Source of the DNA: Dimorphilus gyrociliatus
Lineage: Eukaryota > Animalia > Annelida
Reading direction: 5' to 3'
NCBI GenBank assembly: GCA_904063045.1
Contig: CAJFCJ010000020.1
Location: 1,744,034-1,808,033 of the forward strand
DNA: 64,000 nt
Part shown: positions 22,027 through 33,700 of the stretch, in pieces
How positions within the stretch are numbered: the first letter of the stretch is position 1
How the letters are laid out: each line of letters starts with the position of its first letter
Made by a program: the position numbers and the translations under genes
Notes under the pieces: generated by a model
Told to the model about the DNA's origin: nothing
Database searches by the model: none
Seen by the model: only the letters and a program-made list of their open reading frames with translations

Positions 22027-23412
22027 ATGGATGAACAAATTGATAATTCATTGAAAGAAGCTGCGAGAGAACAGTATGTATATATTGCTTACATATCTTA
22101 GAAAAAATTCTTTCAGATCTATAATTTCAGCGAAAATAAAAGTTCAGAAAACCCTATTTTAGAAGCAAAAAAATTATTGTGAGTATTTGAATTTCGTTGT
22201 TCACGCGATTTTTAGGATTTCATGACATAAAAAATGATTCTGTAGACACAAAAACTTAAAAAGTTCCCCACTTTGTTCTATTCTGTTTGGAGCTTCTATA
22301 CCAAGGTAAAATGCTAAATTTTTAGTCATATATCTTTAAGTTAATAACTAGTACTTTTATAACGAAATAGTTCACTACGAGAAGAAATTGATTCGGCAAT
22401 ATCTACGATTCTAGCGAGGGAAACAATAAATATATCTGGAAACGAATCTCAAAAAGTTTATGTCACTAATCATTATGGCTTTTATAATACGCAATCTTCG
22501 GCTGGAAAGGATGATATAGAAGAACTTAATGATTCATTGAACTGTGTGGAAGATGGGCGTTCTAATGGTAATTTTCTATCACCTCTCGGAGATGGAAGAG
22601 TCGCAGAGGAGACTACAAGAAGAAGAAAAAGTTTGCAATTACGTCAAAGGAGTTCGTCCTCTAAGACTCGCTTCTACGAATCAGGAGAAAAACATAGACC
22701 AAAGCCTGGAGTGGTAAGCGAAGAGTTACGATGTGCATTAGGGCTTCGATCTGATGAGCTACCTATGTGGATTTATCGCATGCGTATATTTGGTTATCCC
22801 CCAGGTTATGTGGAGGAAGCAAAGCATATTTCTAACGAATTAATTATGCATAATGAACCTGATACACCCACAATTCGACCAACAATTTCATACGATCATG
22901 ACGAATTTATTAATTACCCTGGTTTTAATACGCCGCCGCCAAGCAGAACAAGAGATGAGTTCAGACGCTATGACTCTCCCCAATACAATAATAGGTTTTC
23001 ATTAAAGAATACATTCCCTCAGGAATTATTTCCTCAAGCCAAGAAGCAAGTTAAACCGAAAAGAGCTCGAAAAACATCTTTAGAAGACTTAGAAGCAAGG
23101 AGAGAGGAGTTGGAAAGGGAATTAAATGAATATAAATCTGACGAAGATATTGAAGCTGGCCAAGCTGTTGAAGAAATGGAAACTATTGAACCTCAAAAGG
23201 CATTAAATGTAGAGTCGAAGACATACTATATTCCAGCTCTCAATGAAAATAAGCCTAGTGTCTCATCATTCGCAAAAAATATTACTCCATACGAGCATAC
23301 TTTAGAATTGGAAGAACCTCCCAAAGAAAGAAATATAATGAGCGTGATCTCAGAGATCAATAAAAACTATCAGGAAAGGTATTTTAATGAAGTGGATAAT
23401 GATTCAAGTTGA
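22027..23412 (+). CDS. ZCCHC8: ZCCHC8-like PSP-domain protein (NEXT complex scaffold homolog) with degenerate zinc knuckle
   Basis: The exons start MDEQIDNSLKEAARE(H)... and run into ORF 22537-23412. The PSP domain KPGVVSEELRCALGLRSDELPMWIYRMRIFGYPPGYVEEA followed by YPGFNTPPP matches the ZCCHC8 family. Confidence 0.8.
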
Positions 23413-23502
23413 TTATAATTTTTAGCATGTTTTATGTATCTTGTTAATAATGATAACCAAAATTATGTTTACCTTAATAAATGAGAATTCTTGTTTTCAA
23501 AT

Positions 23503-26305
23503 TTACAAATAAAACAAAGTATGACTCATACATTCCTTAGGAAGAGCACGTAGATTCTGTCCTACCATAGCTGCCAGCTTATGAGCATTTTGACAAGGAG
23601 CAGGTACTCTAACTGTTCCTGGCCAATTGTAATAGCAGTGAGTCATTTTGTACGCTAATTGCTGTTGTTGATCAGGACTTAAATTTGTAGTGTCCTCTAG
23701 CACTATGTAATGTGTTGGACTGACGGTTCCTTGGCGAACGTTTTGGCTTACCAAGAAGAAATCATAATAATCCTTTCTTGTGACGGTATGATCGATTACT
23801 GTACCAGGAACAGGATTTTCAAATTTACTTCTAGATTCGTATAAAAGAAATCTCTGATTTATTCGCTTCTGAACAACAATAAATGCAAACTGGGGATCAT
23901 AACCAGGGAATGATTTGAATGCACGTCGTAATTGAGATATTTCGTGTTCAGCAACGGTTCTGAGGGCTCCATCTCCAACCCCATCTCTATAAATGATAAT
24001 TCTTGTAGGTAAAGAGTTAGTCTTGTTATGAAAGTTCTTAATAGCATCCTCTAGACAATTTCGAAGTTGATCCATAATTTCTTGACCATGAGCTTGCATG
24101 CAAGCCTTGCTCCACCAGCTGGTTGCGTCAAGGCTACTTGAAGCGACAAAACCAGCAACAGATCGTTTTTGAGCATCGTGAAAGACGTCAATACCGCAAT
24201 ACATACTTCCTTTCATTTTTCTCAAGTTTACCGCCCATAATTCTCCATTTAACTTGACATTCATTTGCATAAGGATTTTTTGAGTTACGGATCTTACTTT
24301 TCTTTGATCACTGACCGTTCTGGCATTTAAACATTGTGAAGGAATGCCTCTTTCACAATAGCAAATTTTTTTGATAGCATTATAGCGATCGTCTCTTGAA
24401 TTCGGAAATATGGTCATAATCATTTGAGTATCTTTATAATCTTCTAAGCATTGACGTATGTTCTCTACGTATTCCGACGTACGATCAGACTTTAGTTTCA
24501 TAAGTTTTGGCTGGGCAATACTCATAGCTAAGTTTTTACATTCGGATTTTATCGTGCTCAAAAACTGCATTGCAGCACCCTCATCTCTCTGCGTAACTAA
24601 TAATACCCAAACATTTAATGCCACCGGTTTAAGCATAGGCAATCGAGTGATTTCTCTGCTCCAATCTGCTACAGGTCCTGCTGTAATAACTTTGCGGTCA
24701 CCAACCATAAGTTTCTCCTCCGGCAATCTTCTTCCTTCCAACTCCAAAGGTTTATGGTCGAAATGCATATGCCAGTCCCGTAGTTCTTGCATAGCTTTTT
24801 CGTTTTTGTAAACATTCGAAATAAATACTTGCATTGTTTCATAGCGACGAGTTGGTGATAAACGTGTATGCTCGGCCAGACGTTTCATTAGCTTGAAGTC
24901 AGTTCTCTGTCTGTCGGTAAGGCCTGTAATATGGCAGAGTTCTGGTACAAGCAAAATTGTTTCTGGAGGATTTGGGTCATTTTTACTCTTCTTAGGTATA
25001 TGTGTTAGTAAAGGTTGACCAAGATCTTTGATTTTAATATCATAATGCTCGTCATAGTACTGCACAAACGAAATTGGCTTGCCATGCGACTCAAAAGTAC
25101 TCTCTGGCGTCATATCAAAATTAATATCATCTATTCTATACGTTTTGTAATTGTATCTTGTCATAACTACTTGGCCCAATAGAGCTCTAGTAATTTCCTC
25201 ACGAGCGTTTTTACTTCTCTCTCCCGTGACTGACTTTAATAGGTCTTGAATGACGTTGTATACTGTGTCAATCCTTAGTACTTTATGCGATACGTCCAAG
25301 ATTAGAAAGACACCGTCCTCTTCTTCATGAACAGCAGCAACCAACCCAGGCCATATCTCTAATTTTTCTTCTTTTAAGTATGCAGCCTTGTCAACGCTGA
25401 AGTAACGCCTATTGATGTTAGTGTACTGCAAATGATTCGTAACTCTTTGCATAACCAGCCTATATACCTGAATGCATTCATGCGCTCTTAAACATTTAGT
25501 TTTTCGTATGCGCACGTCACATTTGGAGCCATCTTTAAAGTTGGATACAAGATTTATTTCCTGCAAAATTATTAATAATAAAAAACCAGTTAACAAAGAG
25601 AAAAATTTGAGATTGTTATACTTTATCAAGTTCATGAGGTAAGAATAAAATGGTGCCGTCAAATATCATACACTGTCCAAGTTGCTGTTGGTGTTGAGAT
25701 ATTCCATAGTATCTCTTTCGTTTTGATGGAATATCAACAGAGAATGACACGTGATATTGATAGATACTATAATCCTGAACTTTTATACGCACATGATTAC
25801 TGATAATCTTGGCACTATAAATAATGAAAGCAATTATTCAGTTTTTAAATTATGCAATTGTCATTTAAACTTACCTCGTTCCAATTGAACCATGGTGTTT
25901 TGTTGACCCTCCTTCGATCTTCGGTTCATATCGACGATTTATCTCTTTGTCATCCTTATCCTTTATATCTTCCCTGTTTTTGCTATCCCCTTTGTCATCT
26001 CTCTCTATTTTTTTCTCAAATTTTTCGTCGCTTCTTTCTATGTTTTGTTTTTCTTTGAAAACTTTTCCTACTGCCGATTCCTCTTTTAATTCGGTTAGTC
26101 TAATTCTTCCATCAGAGTCTAATAACGTAATTAATATAGCAATATTTAGTTCTATAAAAGAAATAAACTTACGTTCCGAACTTCTATCTAGCTTCAGATT
26201 TGCAATGCCCCGTATAAGTCCTCTGCCTCCAATTGGAGGTTGGCATTTTGCGGCAGCTTCTAAGAGAGCTCCCCTACCGCCTCTGCCTATTCCACGACTA
26301 GCCAT
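23503..26305 (-). CDS. piwi: PIWI-clade Argonaute, most similar to PIWIL2/Ago3 type
   Basis: Exons 26305-26173, ~26118-25875, ~25814-25621 and 25560-23503. N-terminal RG motifs (MASRGIGRGGRG), PAZ (YKTYRIDDINFDMTP...ILLVPELC), MID (DDRYNAIKK...PSQC), catalytic D-E-D-H (GIDVFHD, QEI, YRDGVGDG, NAHKLA), terminal LFYL*. VVQKR and EISQL...F resemble PIWIL2/Ago3; the paralog call is tentative. Confidence 0.95.
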
Positions 26306-26843
26306 TTTGTCAACCACTGAAAAAAATGGCGGATTAACTTAAATTGTCATTACGTAAGGCGTGCTAATTTCACATAAAAACAACTTTGGTTTACAAACAG
26401 TTTCTTTTTTGGGAAACTAAAAAGTTTTTAACAAAACAATGAAAAGCAAAGAAATGTTTGCAATAGCAATGTTGTTAAAGCTTGAGTTTTTCATAAAAAT
26501 ATACGCCACGAGGTTTCTGGTAGTTTTTGTAGTTTGAACTTCCGAAATACCTTAGCTTTCTTAATAACTTAAGCTTTTTCTACCTAAAACTTTATAACTC
26601 GGCTTATCTTGGAAGCTTATTTATTTAAATGAGCAATGAATATTTTATTACAAAAAAGTTCTTGAGTAAAGTCTATTACAGACTGAGCAATACAATTAAA
26701 GAAAAATTGGTTTAACGGAACTGACGAAATATTGCGCATGCGTAAATTGTATTTTCCAAGTTGGACTCTTATTTCTTTTGTGTTTTTTTAATATATTTAA
26801 TGTATGATTTTTTATCATATAGAAAAAATAAAGATACATTTTA

Positions 26844-27410
26844 ATGGCGTCGAAGGATTTCAATGAATGGTTTAATAGAACAAAGATGAAAGAAGAAATT
26901 TTTTTAGCAGAGTCGTTTCGAAGTTTAGAAGTTGGTTATTGGACTGAAACTGAAACTATGTAAAAAAAAACAGTCATTTTCTATTCTCGTAGGAGGAGTG
27001 GAGACGGTTTACTTGCTGTACCAAAGATATTTTCTAATCTAATTTGTATATATTTTATGTTTAATGGTTTTTGAAATTCTCATTGCCCTTAATTCACAAA
27101 AGTCAAAATATTATACTTTTTTATTCTTTAGTATATAGTTATAGTAAAAACTAAATAACTAAATCATCATAGAGCACACATTTATAGAATAACTAAGCAA
27201 AAGTTAAGCATGGATTAATAAAATAATGAGGAAATAGAGAAAAGAAAATTACTCTTTATCTCCTCATCTTTCTTTTTTAAATCTCAAGAGATGAAAGGAT
27301 ATTTGGATGGAATTAATGGATTGAGTAAAATAAATCGTGATATTTTAACCAAATTATTGCCTTTAAGTTATAAGGGAATCTACAATGTCCCAAATGGTTC
27401 CATCCACTAA
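26844..27410 (+). other. Possible small unannotated spliced transcript divergent from piwi
   Basis: ORF 26844-26963 (MASKDFNEWFNRTKMKEEIFLAESFRSLEVGYWTETETM) ends at AT|gtaaaa. A strong pyrimidine tract plus AG ends at 27288 and precedes ORF 27291-27410 (MKGYLDGINGLSKINRDILTKLLPLSYKGIYNVPNGSIH). AATAAA lies near 27487. Confidence 0.3.
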
Positions 27411-27546
27411 GTAGTCTGAAATTCTATTACGGAGAGATAGCTATGTGAAATACATTAAAAATTTACTTGATGGTTAGGTAATTCCATAAATAAAATTTGC
27501 TTAATTGATTCTATTAACACAATATAATTAGTGATTGATAAATGCT

Positions 27547-30295
27547 TTAATTCTTTAAACTAATTGCTTTTCCCCTTAAATCTTCTAGCTCTTGTCCCAT
27601 ATTATTTACCTTTTCATCTTCTCCTTTGTCGTGGTTCTTTAACTTTCTACTTTGAAAGAAGTAGACGAGGAAAACGAATATTACTCCAAGCGAAATGAAA
27701 CCTATTGTTACACTATGGAGCAGATATCGGAATTTCTTGGAATCATATTTTAAGCAGAAACCTCCCGATTCATTACAGTCTGACGACAAAAGCTTGCAAG
27801 TAGAATCTATAATACGACCATAAATTATTGGAGCCGGCATTGTCGCCCCTAAAGTCGTAGCTATATTGTTTAAACCTAGAGCCAACGATTTTTGATTTTC
27901 GCCCACGGATCTGTTAAGAGTGATAACAATGACATTTATCATAGAAGATATATCTATTTACCTTATTATCATAGAGGTTATCGGTGAACCTGCTAAGTTT
28001 ACAGAAAATGTTGAAATAAAGATAACAATTGCATACGGTATTAACATTGGACACTTTCTTTTACATAAGCCGCTCTTCAATTCTTTTACAGTGTCACCAA
28101 CACACGAGCAGTTGCTATAGACCTATGAGGGGTAACTTTTTATATGTAAAGAGAATATAATTAATTATACGTTGCACTAACAACATTCACTTTGTCATCT
28201 GCTTCAATATAACTGCTAATATTCGTACAGCCTGCGTAGCATGGAGAATAATACATCGTTGAATCATCTTGTGTGCAAACCGGTTGAAAGTCTTGACTGC
28301 AGGAACAGTTAGCGTGACAAATGTCATACGGTTTCATCGTTCTGAAGGCAATAAAAACCTTGTTTAAAAAATCTTTAATAAAAAATATGCTATTAGAATT
28401 ACGTACAAATCTTTTCTCGGTGTGTTACCCAATTCTGAAGGAGTACAGCCCATAAACATTGATATGAACAAGCATACAACTCCAATAATGCAACCGGTAA
28501 TAATAAGCTTCGAAGAGCCTAAAGTATCCAATTGTTTAGCTGCTGCAATCCAGCCTCCAACAAATGTTCCCGCCGCTACTGAACTAGCCATAGCAATTGC
28601 TGGATGACGAACACATTTTAGATAGATAATATGAAAGATGACAGGAAATTTATTTAAATTTTTTTACAAGTTATGATGTTAGCCATATTGGGTCCAAGAC
28701 CAAATTGATCCTCTATATAGGCTGGCAGAAAAGTCATTACTCCAGCGGCTAGGTAAGACACACATACCATACCCATCGTTGCACAAAAATAAGTACCTAT
28801 GTAATATAAAATGTAATAAATTGTGTCTAGTTCTTTTAATGAGTAATTATTTTACCATTTTTATATAATGGAATAGTCACTTTTCTATTTAATTCTTTTA
28901 TGAAAAGGGAAAATTTTTAATCTTATTAGTTGAATTGATTATTTAAGAAAGGGAAAATAGCTAAAACCTTTGTCTGTCATCAGACTAAATTGCCTTTGAA
29001 GTGATTTACGCATTCTTCTCATTACACTATTGCTTCTTTGAAATTTCTTTTCTTTTTTAGAGTGGTGGCTAGTTTTTCTCTTAAGATGCCTGGGAAAGAA
29101 GAGGAGCGGAAGTGAAAAGATTATCATAAACCCTTGTAGAACTAGTGAGCCCAGCCAATAGGCACCTATCCATTCTGGATCGCTTGGCTTTAAATGAGTA
29201 GCTGTTGTAAATATGTTTATCGGCATTATTGTTTGATAATTAAGAGATCAACTTACGGCCCAGATCAACGTATAAGCTGGTGAATAAGGAACCTATAAGG
29301 AAACCGGCTATGCCTCCAAGAGACGATACACTCATAACCAGTCCAATTAGAATACAAGAAATTTGTGGTTCTGTGTTATCGTCGATGTAGGTGAAAGCAA
29401 TTGTAACAAACGGTGCCAAGCCGGCACCAATCATACACTGGGAAAGCACAAAAAATATAAATGGTCCCATTGATTCAACAGCTGATTCATTAGTTATTCC
29501 TGTTTCATTTCCTCCCATGCAGGTAGATGAATTAAAATTTAGTTCCCTATTGCAAACGCCTAAATGTTGCAAACTTGGTATCGTTGCGGATATATTTAAT
29601 GATTCTGGTTGATGCGGTTTTGGTCCCGGTCCGTAAATAAAATGGGGCAAAGCCCAAAGTACTGCTGATGCTGCCGAAGCAAGGCAACCAAGAAATAGAG
29701 CTCGGGGAATATGAATCTTTCCTCCGAGAATGGAGATGACAATTAATAAAATACAGTGGCCTACTTCGCAACTGGATATAATTAAACCATTATAAACCGT
29801 TTTGAAAGCGAACCTCTTTTGTAAAGTCGTTAAGAGTGAGAAACGAATAGTGAAATCCGTTATTATAATGAATCCAAGTATTATAGTTATTATGACATAA
29901 TGCTTAATCGTAATATATTTACGAATACCAGTTGGTTCTTTATCGTAATCAGTTTCGTGTTCAGTGTCCTCTAATGGAAGATTAGGGGTCTCAACTTCAT
30001 TATTATCATTTAAACTGGTTGTACGATGTCTCCTAAAAAATTTCACAAGTGAAAAAACGTTATAATATGAAAGAAACTAGTATTTTTTTAAAAGTATTGA
30101 TCAAGAATTTTGACCGGTAAGATATGCAGCATGCGCAAATCTTATCGCCTTAAAAACAAGTAAAAACAATAGCGCTGAAGGCTTTTTTTCTTAAATAAGC
30201 GCTTTAATTTGTTAAAACGGTTATCCATAATTAGTATTATCTTACTGATTTTCCCGGAATAAGGCGAGACGTTCCTTAACTGAGGGAGAATGCAT
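27547..30295 (-). CDS. SLCO: Organic anion transporting polypeptide (OATP/SLCO family)
   Basis: First exon 30295-30246 (MHSPSVKERLALFRENQ, CA|gtaaga) joins the exon at 30032 in phase. Motifs include FTYIDDN...IGLVMSVSSLGGIAGFLIG, PSDPEWIGAYWLG, Kazal-like CHANCSCSQDFQPVCTQDD..YYSPCYAGC and TMPAPIIYGRIIDSTC. Confidence 0.92.
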
Positions 30296-30760
30296 TGTTT
30301 TTTCTTTTTTATCGATCTACCAACAGGTTAATAGTAAAGAATAAGATGTCAAATTCATTATCAAAAACTAAAATACAAAGATAAGAATTGTTTAGTAGAC
30401 CTATAAAGTATAATAATCAGTCTGAACATATATTTTCGGTATTGACATTATTGAACTAAGCCAAGTTTATTCAAAACTTTCGATACTATAAATATAGTTA
30501 TTAATTATGGAAGAAGTCATAGTATATTAAGTTTACCTGATAAACATTCACGCCACCTACCGAATAATTATAAACTAATAATTTAACTTTATGAACTTGT
30601 GAATTAAACTTAAAGGATAGGGAAAAATCAATCAAAAGATTATAAACATTCAAATTTTTATTCATAAAAAAAATGATATTTAGTGAATAGCAAAACATTA
30701 TAAATAATTAATAAGTATTAAAAAAGTTTTATGAACGAAAAGTTTAGGAAAATACTCGTT

Positions 30761-33700
30761 CTACTTGGCGAAAAATGTTGCAGATGAACCTCCTCCGTAA
30801 CCATAATTACCATTTACTTGGCTGACACTTCGGAAATCTTGCATGTCGAACATATCTCTAGAATCTCTTTCCTCATAATACATATAAGGAGGATTACCTG
30901 TTAATATAATAAAAATCAAGGTTTGATATACTGTATGTACATATGCTGTTTATCGAACTTACTTTGTGTCATATTAACTAAAGTGGCAGATGGGGTACCA
31001 GCTCTGTTGGTCGGTGCACCCCCTACACCCATAGGACTATAGACGCCTGGCTGAGCCACCATCATTGTTTGAGGAGTAGTGATAGGAAGAGGTTTTTTAT
31101 CACTGGTATCGTTTGCATCGTTCATATTTTGTTTGAGAGGTTTGTGCGAGAATTTATGATAACGACAAAGACCCAAAACAGCCAAAACAGCTAGAACTAT
31201 AAAAAGTATCCCAGCAACTCCTCCAATAGTACCTCCAATAATGTAACTTACTGTGTTATCTTCCTTTATATCTTGACATGTTGAACCTTTATAATCGGCC
31301 TCGCAGATGCAAGTAGGTGGCTTCCACCCACCAGAATCTTCTGGCGGATTGCATTTACCTTGGTTCTTACAATATCCCGCACCTAGAATGAGGCAAGCTT
31401 GATGGCATCCATGTCTATCTTCTTCATTGCTAGGTTTCATCTTCGTGCTTCCGCTTCCTTTCGTTGTATAGCCCTCCGGACATTTCTCACAATTTCTCTT
31501 CGTCTTATTACTTTTGAAATAACCAACTTTGCATTTTGAACACGAATTATTTTCTTCACCTAAATCACATTCTCTAAAACAAGCTCCACTCCCAGTTGCA
31601 GCTGGTCCTTCCGTAATCTGTTTACCTATAGTATTTAAGTCCTCACACTTGTCGCATTTGTCCATAATGTTTGCATTTGCTTTATATTCTCCAATTCCAC
31701 AATCAACACAGTCTGAAGTTCCTATTCTCCTTTTACCTGGTGGACATATTTTTAGACAAACCTCATCATGTTTGCCCGCAGTTTTATCTTTTATTGTATC
31801 GAATTGATCGTTACATTTTATGCAAGTATCAGGAGACTCAGGAGGCTGATAAGTTCCCTTTGGACAATCATAACAACCGTCATCAAATGATAAACCTTGT
31901 CCTTGGTCACATTTTTCTGTTGACTCCCTAGGAAGTATAGATGCCGTTTTTAGTTGGTTTGAATTTTCTGGGTTTTTTAAGATTTCATCAACTTTAAGCT
32001 TGAGATCATCTTCACGAGGTGGTGATTTGGTGGTATCAAAATAAGTCGCAGTAAAAGCCGCTGTACTTCCCTCCTCAAATCTAATAATGTTTGTAAACAT
32101 AAAAGAATTGAACGAAGATAGGGCGGGTTTCAGCATATTGATAACTCTTAATTCGAAATTTTTGAAGTCAGAAGAAGATCGATTTGTTAATTGACTATTA
32201 AATGTGTCAGAAAATACGACATTGAAGATAAATTTTTTCGAACTAGCAACAGTATTGCAGTCACTAGAAGACTTTGCTCCAGTAGATGGTGTAGTGAAAA
32301 ATTTTGGACAATCTAAACATTTCTTTTGCCATTTTTTGCTTTGGTATTTTCCTTTGGGACATACTTTGCATTGGTTTACGTCCGTATCTAAATACTCTCC
32401 TGGTTTACAGGGTGGTACAGTACATGCACCCCTAGTCTTGGAAGCCTCTTCTGGTGTTATCATGCCATTGTCACATTCCGTACAGTTACTAAAAGGATTC
32501 ATGAAAGTTTTTGGTTCATTTTCTTCAATAGTATTATCTTTATATTTTCCAATTGGGCATTTCATACATATGAAATTAGTTTGGCTGATATCTCGTTGAT
32601 ATCCACTTTCACAAACGCTCTCGCAATCCTCTTTTGCTGAAGATCCTAGTTTCTTAGTTGTCTTATCGGTAGGACATTTTATGCATTCATTATTTCCGGG
32701 TGAAAAATCTTCATAGGGTTGATATGTTCCTAGTGGACATATTTTGCATTCCTTTCTATCTGGATGCAATACTAAACTATAGCCCTTTGTACAATTTCCA
32801 TATCTACATTGGTCTCTTGATGTTGCGCCTACATATGCAGTGTCAGGCTTGTTGCCTGGACAGTTTGTACAAGTTTCAGAAAATGGTTCATTTTCGGTTT
32901 TGAACATTCCAAGAGGACATGGTTCGCATGATGTTTCATTTTTATTATTAATGATTTGGTATTTAAGTCTCTTTCCAGCAGGACAGAAGAATTTGCAAAA
33001 CATCTCATTTATAGTAGCCTCTTGTTCTGTGGTTTTTTTGTCTGGACATTTAACACATTCGGTATCTTTCGTTTCATCCGATCTGTATTCGCCTACAGGA
33101 CAAGCTTTGCAGACGCCAGGATTATCACCCTCTCGAATGTAACCCAGTTCACATTTTACTCGGTTACAGTCAGCCGTACTCTTTGCACCTTCTTCTTTCG
33201 ATGTTGTTCCAGATGGACATTGCTGGCATGAAAGCTCTTTACTTGCTTTATTTCTATAGGTACCAATTGGACATTTCTTGCAGGTTCCATCAGATTGTAA
33301 CGCCTCTCCGCTTTCACATTGATCAATACAATCGGTTTCTTTTGACTTTCCGTCACCGTTGGTTGTCTTTCCCAGAACACAAGGTAGACAATAAGTTTTA
33401 CCACTGTCCTCTTGATAATAACCTTTTTCACATTGTCTACAACGTCTATCAGATAGTGAGTAATATTGGCCAGGTGAACAAGATAAAATACAATTATTCT
33501 TATTTGATGTACCCTTCGTTGCTGTTGTTTGTCCAGTTCCGCATCTTGAACAAGAGGAGCTACCGTCAGATTCACTATATTCTCCAATATCACAGGCCTT
33601 GCAACTCTTATCACTTTCATCATACATATATCCTTTTGTGCACTGGACACATTCATCGTCAACTTTGTGGTAAAATTGAGGGCAAGAAATGACTATTTCA

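Noticed and set aside
25561-25662. Hydrophobic N-terminus of the 719-aa PIWI ORF, suggesting a signal or TM segment
   Set aside because: It is read-through of the ~60-nt intron 25620-25561 plus an out-of-frame part of the previous exon. The real path is FDGTILFLPHELDK|EINLVS.
30916-30962. C-terminus ...[14 protein letters not shown] of the 2277-aa ORF
   Set aside because: It lies in a 65-nt intron (A|gtaagt...aacag). A further exon continues in frame to 30761.
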